A stretch of 64,000 nucleotides of DNA from Patescibacteria group bacterium (GTDB lineage: Bacteria > Patescibacteriota > Minisyncoccia > Phycocordibacterales > UBA9973): the NCBI GenBank assembly GCA_040390725.1, contig JAZJXT010000001.1, positions 6,896 to 70,895 of the forward strand, read 5' to 3'. Shown in pieces: positions 17,446 through 28,600 of this stretch. Both the position numbers and the translations under genes were made by a program. Under the pieces are notes generated by a model, which saw only the letters and a list, made by a program, of their open reading frames with translations, did no database searches and was not told the DNA's origin. The stretch's first letter is position 1. Every line of letters begins with the position of its first letter.

Positions 17446-19362
17446 ATGCAAATGCAGAATTTTTTTAATCAAAAAGACCAGAAAAATATGGGTATGCCAA
17501 AGAAAAAAGGGGAGAAAGAGCCAAAGTTTGCGGGCAGTATTGCCGGCGCTATTTTATTTTTTATGCTTTTGACAGGGCTTTATTTGGTTATTTCTGATAA
17601 TTCCGCAAAACCGACAACGGAAGTTTCTATTTCAGATTTGGCAAAAAGCGTGTCAGCAGGGGAAGTGAAAGGTATTACTGTGGAGACTGACAAACTTTCT
17701 ATTGAGTATAAAAATGGTGACAAAAAAACAGCAAAAAAAGAAATTGAAAGTTCTTTGTCGCAGACTTTATTTAATTACGGTGTAAAACCAGAAGCAGTAC
17801 AGGCTACTGAAATAACTGTGAAAGATGACAGCGGGTTTATTTTTTGGGCGGGGAATATCATTCCATTTCTTTTGCCGGTTTTGTTTGTTATTTTTTTCTT
17901 TTGGTATCTTTCAAAACAAGTAAAGGGTGCGGGGATGCAAGCATTTTCCTTTGGGCAATCAAAAGCGCGCATCACCGACCCAAATGACAATAATAACAAA
18001 GTGACATTTAAAGACGTCGCCGGAAATAAAGAAGCGAAAGAAGAATTGACGGAGATTGTGGATTTTTTGAAAGCTCCGAAAAAGTTTTTAGATATCGGTG
18101 CTAGAATTCCTAAGGGAGTTATTTTAACAGGTTCGCCGGGTACAGGGAAGACATTGCTCGCGAGGGCAGTAGCGGGGGAGGCCGGCGTGCCATTCTTTCA
18201 TCTTTCTGGTTCGGAATTCGTGGAGATGTTCGTAGGTGTTGGGGCGAGTCGTGTGCGCGACCTTTTCAAAATGGCAAAGAAAGCCGCGCCGGCTATTATC
18301 TTCGTGGATGAACTCGATGCTATCGGACGCACTCGCGGGGGAGGTTTTGGCGGAGGCAATGATGAACGCGAGCAAACTTTAAACCAAATTCTTGTGGAGA
18401 TGGATGGTTTTGAACCGGCAGATAAAGTAATAGTAATGGCTGCGACGAATCGCGCGGATGTCCTCGACCCTGCTCTCGTGCGACCGGGGCGTTTCGACAG
18501 AAAAGTAATTCTTGATTTGCCTGACCGCGCTGACCGTGAAGAAATTTTGAAAATTCACGCAGTGAAAAAACCTTTGGCGGAAGATATTAATTTGAAATTA
18601 ATTGCCGAGAGGACACCTGGTTTTTCCGGAGCGGATTTATCATCGCTCATGAACGAAGGCGCAATATTGGCAGCACGAGAAAATAGAAAAAAAGTTTTCC
18701 AATTTGACCTCATTCGTTCTATCGAAAAAGTGATGATGGGTCCTGAGCGCAAGAGTCATTTACTGACGAAAAAAGAAAAAGAAATAACTGCATATCACGA
18801 AGCCGGACACGCACTTGTGGCTTCTGTTCTTCCGCACGCTGACCCGGTACACAAAGTTTCCATTGTTGCTCGTGGACGAGCCGGTGGATACACTATGAAG
18901 CTTCCACTCGAAGAAAGAAAATTGCAATCTAAAAAAGAATTTATCGATGACATAGCGATGTCTCTAGGCGGATATGTCGCGGAGAAAATGATTTTCGGAG
19001 ACATCACTACCGGACCTTCGAGTGATTTGCAAGTGGCGACTAACCTCGCGCGCGCGATGGTGACGAGATGGGGGATGTCGGATGTTATCGGACCGATTGC
19101 TTTAAATGGAGAAGGAGGAAAATCTGCTTGGGGTATGCCGGAAGAAAAAGAATATTCCGAAGCAATGTCTGAAAAAATAGATGAGGAAGTTTCTAAAATA
19201 ATAAACAACGGAATAAAATCCGCGGAGAAAGTTTTGACCGAACACAAAAAAGCTTTGGCTTCTATCGCGAACAAGCTTATCGAAGTCGAGACATTGGAAA
19301 AAGACGAATATGAAAAAATAATTATAGCACATGGTATTTTGCCAAAGAAGATTGAAGGATAA
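17446..19362 (+). CDS. ftsH: ATP-dependent zinc metalloprotease FtsH
   Basis: Two N-terminal transmembrane helices, AAA Walker A GSPGTGKT, and the HEAGH zinc motif. The exact start is uncertain (ATGs at 17446, 17488 and 17494). Confidence 0.92.
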   Translation: MQMQNFFNQKDQKNMGMPKKKGEKEPKFAGSIAGAILFFMLLTGLYLVISDNSAKPTTEVSISDLAKSVSAGEVKGITVETDKLSIEYKNGDKKTAKKEIESSLSQTLFNYGVKPEAVQATEITVKDDSGFIFWAGNIIPFLLPVLFVIFFFWYLSKQVKGAGMQAFSFGQSKARITDPNDNNNKVTFKDVAGNKEAKEELTEIVDFLKAPKKFLDIGARIPKGVILTGSPGTGKTLLARAVAGEAGVPFFHLSGSEFVEMFVGVGASRVRDLFKMAKKAAPAIIFVDELDAIGRTRGGGFGGGNDEREQTLNQILVEMDGFEPADKVIVMAATNRADVLDPALVRPGRFDRKVILDLPDRADREEILKIHAVKKPLAEDINLKLIAERTPGFSGADLSSLMNEGAILAARENRKKVFQFDLIRSIEKVMMGPERKSHLLTKKEKEITAYHEAGHALVASVLPHADPVHKVSIVARGRAGGYTMKLPLEERKLQSKKEFIDDIAMSLGGYVAEKMIFGDITTGPSSDLQVATNLARAMVTRWGMSDVIGPIALNGEGGKSAWGMPEEKEYSEAMSEKIDEEVSKIINNGIKSAEKVLTEHKKALASIANKLIEVETLEKDEYEKIIIAHGILPKKIEG

Positions 19363-19375
19363 TTTGTTTTATTGT

Positions 19376-19449
19376 CCGCCCTCTTGGATTCGAACCAAGG
19401 ACCCCAGAGGTATAAGCTCTGTGCTCTAACCAACTGAGCTAAGGGCGGA
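19376..19449 (-). tRNA. tRNA with anticodon loop CUUAUAC (anticodon UAU, Ile-type)
   Basis: Folded by hand into a cloverleaf: acceptor CCGCCCT/AGGGCGG, D arm GCTC-AGTTGGTTA-GAGC, anticodon stem CAGAG/CTCTG, T arm CTTGG-TTCGAAT-CCAAG. No CCA is encoded. Confidence 0.7.
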
Positions 19450-19450
19450 T

Positions 19451-19530
19451 ATTTACTTATCGCCTAACCAAAACAGTTAAAAACGGATTACTTACTTATC
19501 GCCTAACCAAAACAGCTAAGGGTGGATTAC
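19451..19530. repeat. Tandem 39-bp repeat x2 (ttacttatcgcctaaccaaaacag + 15-nt variable part). The second unit ends with ctaagggtggattac, a diverged copy of the tRNA 5'-end flank.
   Basis: Read directly from the sequence, immediately upstream of the tRNA. Confidence 0.6.
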
Positions 19531-19640
19531 TAATTTTTTAACTATATAGAATATAATAGTTTATGCGACATTTTGCAAGCTATTCAATTTAAGAAATTCC
19601 TCTTTTCCCTTTGAAACTTTCTCGGTGAGTGATACAATAT

Positions 19641-22600
19641 ATGTATATGAAGCTGGGAGTGAGTAGCACCAAGTTTAAATTTTTTGCAATTTTTGCTGTT
19701 GCTTTTTTTTGTTTCTTTTTTTCTGCGCATAGCGCGAGCGCTACGGCGAAGTTTGCCGTAGCTTCTGGAAACTGGAGCGCTACTTCTGGCGTTTGGGCGC
19801 TTACATCTTGCGCGACTGGCGCCGGAAATAATGTGCCGACTAGTAGTGATGCAGTGACTATTTGTAATGGAGTTACAGTTACAGTGGACGGTGCTGACGT
19901 TGCTTCTAGTATTACGGTTAATGCACCTACCACCGCAAATGGAATTACAATTAGCGGAACGAATACTCTCACTGTTACAAATGCGATTACCATGAATGCT
20001 CCGACGGCGGGAGTAAATGATACAATCGCTGTCGGCGCTGGGACTCTTTCTTCCGTAGGTATTACTATTAATGGAGGAGGTTCTTCAGGGTTTAATTCAA
20101 TTTTAAGTTTAAGTACGGGAACTATTACAACTACGGGTGGAATATCTTTTGGTGGTACAGTTGCTCAAGCACAATTGACGACGACCGACGTGGCGACGAT
20201 AAATCTGACTGGTACGATTTCTTCCGGCGGGACTCTCAGTATAAATTCCGGTACGCTTTTGAAAGCCACAGGTAGCAGTACTATAAACATTAGTAGCTCT
20301 TCTACTAATTGGGGCAAGGTTCAAGTTAATACGGGTACTCTCGGGTTGGGTGCTGCATTTACTGTGGCGACAGGTTTGCAAATTGATTCCGGCGCAACCT
20401 TGTCAGCAGGAGCAAATCTTGTAACTGATAAATGTGCGAGTACGGGATTGTCAGGGTTTACTATTAACGGAACATTATCCGGATCTGGCGGAGTAACTTT
20501 AGATACGGCGAGTTGTACTTTGGATGGTACCGGGTCAGTGACGAATACTGGCACATTTACTATGACAAATGATAAAACTATAGCTGGGACTGCGAGTTTG
20601 ACTGTGGGGGGCAGTGCTAGCGCTTCTACAATTTCTGCAGGTACAACAATAACAAATAATGGAACTTTTATTTTTGCAGGCACAGGGGCAGTGACGGGTG
20701 GTAATGCCACGACTACTATTTGGATTAACGCAGCGAATTCAACTTTGAAAATAGCAGGTACTGCTTTTTTGGCAACAGGAGTTTTAACAGCGACAGCGAG
20801 TGGTAATACTGTGGACTATAATAATAGTGCAGGGGTAGCAACAACACAAACACTTTTTAATACCACTTATTATAATTTTAATTTCGGAGGTACTAGCACG
20901 AAAGCTCTTCCTGCCGGCGGTATACAAGTTACTAATACTCTTTCTGTCAGTTCCGGTATTACGGCTACACTTAGTACTGGTGATTTTTTGACTACTAATT
21001 TAACTGTGACGGGCAGTGGAATATTTACTGGTACTGGTAGGACTATAACAATGAACGGAAATGGCGTTGGTACAGCAGGTAGATGGTTACATACTACAGG
21101 GGCAGGACAAATACGAACTAATTTAACTTTTAACTCGGCGGGAAATATTACTTTAGGAGATGGCACTACGGGATCAGCGGGTACAGTATTATGGGGGAAT
21201 TTTGGTTCTACTTTAACATGGACTGCTGGTACCATGATAACTACAAACTCTACATTAAATTTACATATGGATAATGCCCCTACAATATCTACAAATGGAA
21301 TGAAGTGGAACAATGTAACCTTGCTTAATACTGGTGGTGGAACACTTACATTGGGAAGTGACTTAGATATCGGGGGTAATTTAACTTGGCCTACTACTTC
21401 TACTGCGACTACTTTTGTCGGGGCAAATCGTATTATTACGTTACAAGGTAATTTAGTGATGGGAACTTCTTCTGCTGCAACTAACGCAGTGGCATCCGGA
21501 GCTTCTACTCAGACTATAAAAATGAATGCTAGTTCCGGTGCTCAAACTTGGTCAGGTCAACAAGCAATATCTGCAATCAGATTAACAGTAATACAGACAG
21601 GTTCGGCTTCATTCGCAATTAGCGGTACAGTGACACTTGCCACTACTGGATTTACTATTACTAGTGTTGGTTCTGGAGGATTTTCAGCAGCCGGAAGTAC
21701 CTTAAATTCATATAACAATGTTATTTTTAATACGAGTGGTTCAACATACCCCCTCTATAATGTGACTACTTGGGATGGTGGCAATACTATTCCTTTGAGT
21801 AGTAACTTATATATGACGGGAAATCTCGTTATGAATGGTAATACAAATGGTAGTAATGCTACTACTACATGGACTGGTCCATATTCAGTTACTGTTGGTG
21901 GTAACTTAACGCAAAGTTCAACTTCACTTAATATTACTGGTTCCACTAGCGGTGGTAATGTATTTCTTGGAATTATTATGAATGGCACTGGTACTTGGTC
22001 TAATGCTGCAGGTGCAACGAGCGTGATGACGGTGCCTTTGACATTTAATACTTCTGGTACGATTACTATCGGTAGTAGTGTGTATTATAGTACGGGAACT
22101 TTGTTGTATACTTTAGGCACAATTGATACATCTGCAAATAGTTCGACACTTAACATCGCAGGCTCGGCAACTTTAAATACTCCTACGGCAAGTATGAGTT
22201 GGTATAATTTAAACCAATCTACTACGGGAACTTTAACCTTGACGAGTGCAATAACCATTTCAAATACTCTTTCTGTCGCAAGTGGAGTGACTGAAACTAT
22301 TGCAACCAGTAATATAACAACAGTCAATTTAACCGTAACTAATACTGGTGTATTTTCTGGTAATGGAAGAACGATAACAGTAAGTGGAAGGTGGAGTCAC
22401 ACACAAGCCGGCTCAGGGAAAATAAGGTGCAATATAACTTTAACAAGCACTGCAACAATATCAGGAACAGTGTATTTTACAGGTGATAGTTTTCCAGTAA
22501 CATTAACAGGCGCAAGTGGAGTCACTACAACTGGAAGTATATTGGATATTGATGCTAGTGTCACATTAAATACTTCTACGATGTCATTCCAAGATATAAC

Positions 22601-25600
22601 CCATGTTGGTTCTATCGGAACGTTAACTCTTACAAGTGACTTAAACATAAATGGAAATTGGACAATGTTAGCAGGGGCAGCTGGTCTCGCAGGTGCAAAT
22701 ACAAATATATATTTAAAAGGTAATCTTAATATGGCTGCATCTGGTAGTGTTCAAGGACTTAGTACTCAAATATTATATATGAATGCAAGTTCTGGTACAC
22801 AGACTTGGTCTGGCGCACAAACTTGGAAATTTACAAAATTTATTGTCATTCAAACTGGGACAGCAGCATTTACAATGTCAGGCAGTCTCGCTCTTGATGG
22901 TGGCACATTCACTTTTACCTCTGTTGGAAGTGGAGGATTTACTAACACATCTACTGTCACAATGCTTGCCTCTTCAGGAAATATTTCATTAAGTTCCGCT
23001 AGTTCTTCTTATTCATTTAATAATGTGACAATGACTCTTTCAGCAAATAACATAACACTTCTAACAGATATTTATATTCTTGGAAATTTGGCTATAAATG
23101 GAACTGCCTCAACTCCAACAATAGGAGCATTCACCCTTTATGTAGCTGGTAATCTTTCTCAAGGTGGAACATCAACTAATGTTACCGGTACCGTAGGAAT
23201 TGTAATGAATGGATCGGGAACTTGGAGTAATACCGTAGGTGCAACGAGTGTGATGCAGGTGCCTTTGACATTTAATACCTCGGGGACGATAACACTTTCC
23301 GGAAACCTATACTATAGTACCGGAACTTTGACATACACAGCAGGCACATTATCTCCTGGCAGTTCTACTTTGAATATTCCGGCGAATACTACTTTTGCCG
23401 GAGGAATGAGTGGTAGTAATGCATTTAATAATATTGCAGTGTCAGCAGGAACTTTGACGAATAATGCGACGGCTGGTACGACAGGTTTAGCCATCACAGG
23501 AAATCTTACCGGCGCCGGGGCATTAACTCAAGGAACTAATTCTATTTTAACTTTAGGTGGAACTTCGACAATTACAACTTTGACGGCAAACACAACAGGG
23601 AATACTGTAATTTATAATGGTACGGCGGGGCAGACGGTAAAAGTACCCGCGAGTTCTACTTATATGAATTTAACTATTAACGATAGTGGACAAACAGCGA
23701 CTCTTGGCGGAGCTATTACTGTGAGTGGGAATTTAGCAATCAATACTGGAACACTGGATGATAATGGAACACAGATTACAGGTAATGCTACAAATAATTT
23801 AACGATGGCATCAGGTACGACTTTGAAAATTGGTATTGCCGGTACGGCGACGACTTTTCCTACGCTTTACACGACAGGACATACGACATTAAATTCTGCT
23901 TCGACCGTCATATATAATGCAGGAGTAACTCAAACTATTTCGTCGACGCCTGCTTATGGCAATTTGCAACTCTCTCGCGCATCCGGTACCCCGACGAAAT
24001 CTTTGAATGGTACAACGACAATAAATGGATCTTTGACTATTGACGCGAGCAATACGCTCTCTGCCGGAGCAAATCAAATAGCGCTCGGCGGAAATTATTC
24101 TAACAGTGGAACATTCACTGCAGGTACTGGAACATTTTTATTATCTGGGTCAGTGGCGCAAACTTTGTCGGGGACGATGACTAGCGGTTCGGCATTTTAC
24201 GATCTAACAATTACGAATTCTTCCGGTGCTTCAGCTAGTGATTGTGGACTCACAGGATTCACTGCTGGAATTATTTTCGGAGGATCAGCGACATCAACAC
24301 ATAACTATGTTATTACTACTGCTAATGTGCGAGTGACTTATAATGCCGGGTCAACTTATACTTTTGCAAATATAAATTGGAGCGGACAAGCCAGCGGAAC
24401 AAAAATTTATTTTAGGTCTTCGAGTGCAGGGTCCGCTTGGAATTTAAATGTTTCCGGCACACAGACTGCGGTGTCATATATAGATGTGTCTGATTCGGAT
24501 GCTCACACAGGAAGCTCTATAAATAGTGATACTACTGTGACCGATTGTAATAATAATACAAATTGGGTTTTTATTATGACGATTTCTGGTACGGCAAATG
24601 GTAATGATGGGGGCACAGTAAAGGTTGCTTTTAATAATTCTATTGATGCACACACTACTACTATTTCGGGTGGAGCTTGGACTATCAGTAATATTACGAA
24701 GCCAGCTGCGGGAGTTATTGTGACTGTTTTTGTTGATGGTGCTACTCTTGATTCAAATGAAACTACCGCTATTACAAAATACAGTTCAGGTGTTATTTCC
24801 GGTATGGTTTTGAATACAAATGTTTTAACAATTGGAAGTAATCAAAATACAAGTTTGACTACGACTAACCTCGGTCAATATACTTCTAGTAATGACGAAG
24901 ACGTAATGCAATCAGTTTCCAGCGGAGCATTATCAGTGCAGGGAACAAGTAATACATATGTAAATCCAATTCTTGCTGTTCTTAATAATAATACTCTTAC
25001 TGTAGATAGCGCTTCTACTGAAAGCATAACGACTGGTCAGTTGTATATATATGGTAGCGCTACTTTGACTGCTACCGGTACGCCGACTATTACTTTGAAT
25101 GGAACTTCCGGAACATTATTTACAAACTCAGGTACATTTACTCCAGCAACTTCTACTGTTACGCTTTCTGGCAATGGAGATGCTACTATAAATTCCGGAG
25201 CGATAACATTTTACAATTTAACTTCAAGCGGGACGGGAGTGAAAAGTGTAGATGCTTCTTCTGCATTAACATTTGCAACTTCTGGAACACTGACAGTTTC
25301 TGGGGGGACTTTTGATCCGGTGACAGCTCTCGTCGCAAGTGGTTCAAATACTTTAACTGCTTCGGCTGTACTTCGTGTTGAAGCATCTACTTTTGCCGGA
25401 TCGTATCCTGCAGGTTTCGGCACTTTGAATTTAAATTCCGGTTCTACTGTTGATTATCATTCCAGTGGAGCGCAAACAATTTCCAGCACAATTTCACCAT
25501 ATTATAATTTAACAACTTCGACAGGTGGGACAAAAACTTTAGGAGGTAATGTGACTATTTCAAATGTTTTAACAATCGGTGCTAGCTCAACACTTTCTGC

Positions 25601-28600
25601 AAGTTCTAATAATATTACATTATCAGGAACTACGGGAACACCTTTTATAGATTCTGGAACATTTTCTTCCGGCACGGGGACAGTTTCTTATACTGGAAAT
25701 AATGGTTCGGGAAATACTACGGTCTTGCCGGAAACTTATCACGATTTAACTTTAAATAATGCGAGTGAGACTTATGTATTAGGCGGAGCTACGACCATAA
25801 ATAATTTATTAACTATTACCGACGGAACACTCGATACTGATAGCACGAATCATTACAACTTTTCTACGAGTGATATTTTGATTGACACATCCGGCACGCT
25901 TTTGGGACGTGCTTCAAATATTACAGTCACAGAAAACTGGGTAAATACTGGGACATTTACCCGAGGCACTTCTACGGTGTTATTGAACGGAGACATTACG
26001 GATAACATAGCTGGAGATACTAATTTTAATAATTTAACTATTTCTAGCACTGTCGCAAAAACTGTTTACTTTACGACTACTGGCACTACTAGTGTTTATG
26101 GCATTTTTACTGTGACAGGGCATAATAGCCAGTTAATAAGTTTACTTCCAGAGCTTGCTCACCCAACAACTCAATTTCCTTTTCGGGTAATATCGCCTGG
26201 TACAGCTAGTATTAGTTATATAAATGTTTCTTATGGAGGATGCGCGGCTACCGCTATAAATATGTCACCCGTTAATTCTGTTGATGGTGGAAATAATGAC
26301 ACTTGTTGGTCTTTTGGAATTGCGATTTCCGGAACAGCAAATGGCAATGATGGAGAGACTGTAAAAATTGCAATCAATGGCACGGCGGATAGTCACACTA
26401 CTACGATATCGAGCGGAGCGTGGTCCTTTACAACTATTACTCAACCATCTTCCGGTGATATTGTTACTGTTTGGGTTGAAGGTGCTTCTGCTCCAAATAA
26501 AACAACTGCTATCACAAAATATTCTTCTGGCTCAGTTTCTGGAATGGTTTTGGATACAAATACACTGACTGTCGGGGATGCAGGTGGAGTGAGTTTGGCT
26601 GTTTCTGATTTTTCACATTATACTTCTGCTGATGACAGTTATGTGATGCATTCATATTCGAGCGGAGATTTGTCAGTGGCAGGGACTAATCCGACTTTGA
26701 AAATTTTATCTGGAAATACTTTAACTGCTTCTACTGGAGAAAGTGTAACAACAGGGAAAATTGATAATGCTGGCACTATTACTGTTACAGCTTCCAACAC
26801 TCCGAGTTTTACTTTGAACGGAACTTCGGGAACTTTGTTTACTAACTCTGGCACATTTACACCGGCGAGTTCTACGGTCACACTTTCCGGTAATGGCGAT
26901 GCGACTGTGAATTCCGGCGCTATTACTTTTTACAATTTAACAAATTCTGGCACGGGAGTGAAATCTTTGGGTGATGCGAATATTACTGTGAACCACAACA
27001 TGACAGTTTCTGGCGGTACTTTTGATCCGACTGCTTCTCGTACTATTACAGGGTCCGGCACAAATACTCTGGCTGTTTCTAGTGGAGCTACTATTCGCGC
27101 GGAGCATTCTTTATTTTCCGGTGATTGGATTTCTTTTGAAATTACGACTTTGAGTTCCGGCTCGACGGTGGATTATTATTTAAATAATGCTCAAACTATA
27201 GACAACACTCTTTCATATTCTAATTTAAATTTATCAAATAGTGGTACGAAAACTTTGGGAGGGGACACAACCATTGCAAATGTTTTGACTGTCGGCAGTA
27301 GTGCGACTCTTGATGGTAGCTCACATACTTTGACTCTTTCTGGGGCAACCGGTACGCCGTTTGTAGATTCTGGTACATTTACTTCCAGCACGGGAACTGT
27401 TTCTTATACGGGGAATTATGCGAGCGGTAATACGACGGTCTTGCCGGAAACTTACCACAATTTAACTTTAAATAATGCAAGCGAGACTTATGTTTTGAAT
27501 GGAACGACGCCAATAAATAATTTATTGACTATCACCGCAGGTACACTCGACACTGTCAGTCATAATTTTTCTACAAGTGATATCACCATTGGCGCTTCCG
27601 GCATGCTTAATGCAAATGCTTCCATTGCAACTGTCACAGAAAATTGGACAAACAATGGCACATTTAATTCTGGTACTTCTACCGTGTTGATGAATGGTGA
27701 TAATGCTCACGATCTAGTCGCTGGGACTACGAGTTTTTATAATCTTACTATCACCACTACCACTCCAAGCGTTGCCAAGGAAGTGGATTTTCCATCTACC
27801 ACTACCACAGTGATGAATGCTTTTAATGTTACAGGACATGGAGGCGCATTGATTAGTTTGTACTCTACGCCTTCTCCGACCAAGTGGAATTTTTATCCGA
27901 TGTTGGGTACTAACAATAGCGTGCGTTATGCAAAAATAAAAGATGGAGGCTGCGCTAATAATGCTATTGCTATTCGCCCGGCTAATTCCGTGGACGATGG
28001 CAACAATGATTCCTGTTGGGTTTTTTCTCCTTATGTTTACAAGCTCACAAATGCCAACACAGTAGAAGTTTACAATGATACAAATACTTCCAATCCTTCT
28101 CCGGTAAAAACTATTCAATTTTCAGATGACTATGCTTTGCCTACAAATAGTTTAGTAAAGCTAACAAGCTTGGCAGTCGATACTCACTTCAACAGACTTT
28201 ATGTGACGACAGATGATCCATCAGCTGGTCTGAAAGTTGTCGATATTAGTAATCCTTCTCCTTCCAGTTGGGTATGTTGTGCTAGTACTGTAGTTCTCTC
28301 TGATAATAGTGTGAATTTCCCCGGGCGTGATGTATATGTAGACAGTGCTGGTGTGCCTACAGTGTTGGGAGCTACGAGTTCCAAGGGCGGAATTTTTGTA
28401 ATAAATCCAAGCACTCTCGGTATTGCTTATTCAAATGTTCATAATGTTTCCGATCCTTCAGATGTCGCTCTCATTGTTCATGAACATGCCGGAATATATG
28501 ACAACACTGCTACCGGATTTATTTATGAATCAAATTATCACACATCACAACTTTATATTTATCCTTATAGCAATGTGACTCCGAGCGTAATCAGAGAAAC

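Noticed and set aside
19451-19530. Direct repeats near the tRNA considered as a mini CRISPR array.
   Set aside because: There are only two units and no cas genes, and the spacer-like segments are related to each other and to the tRNA flank. It is a simple tandem duplication.
20109-28414. Many 60-150 aa ORFs on the minus strand inside the giant gene (for example 20321-20710, 20870-21313, 27714-28118).
   Set aside because: These are antisense shadow ORFs of a long repetitive Thr/Gly-rich gene. They show no independent signals and their sequences are V/P/A-rich, as expected from reverse-complemented ACN/GGN codons.
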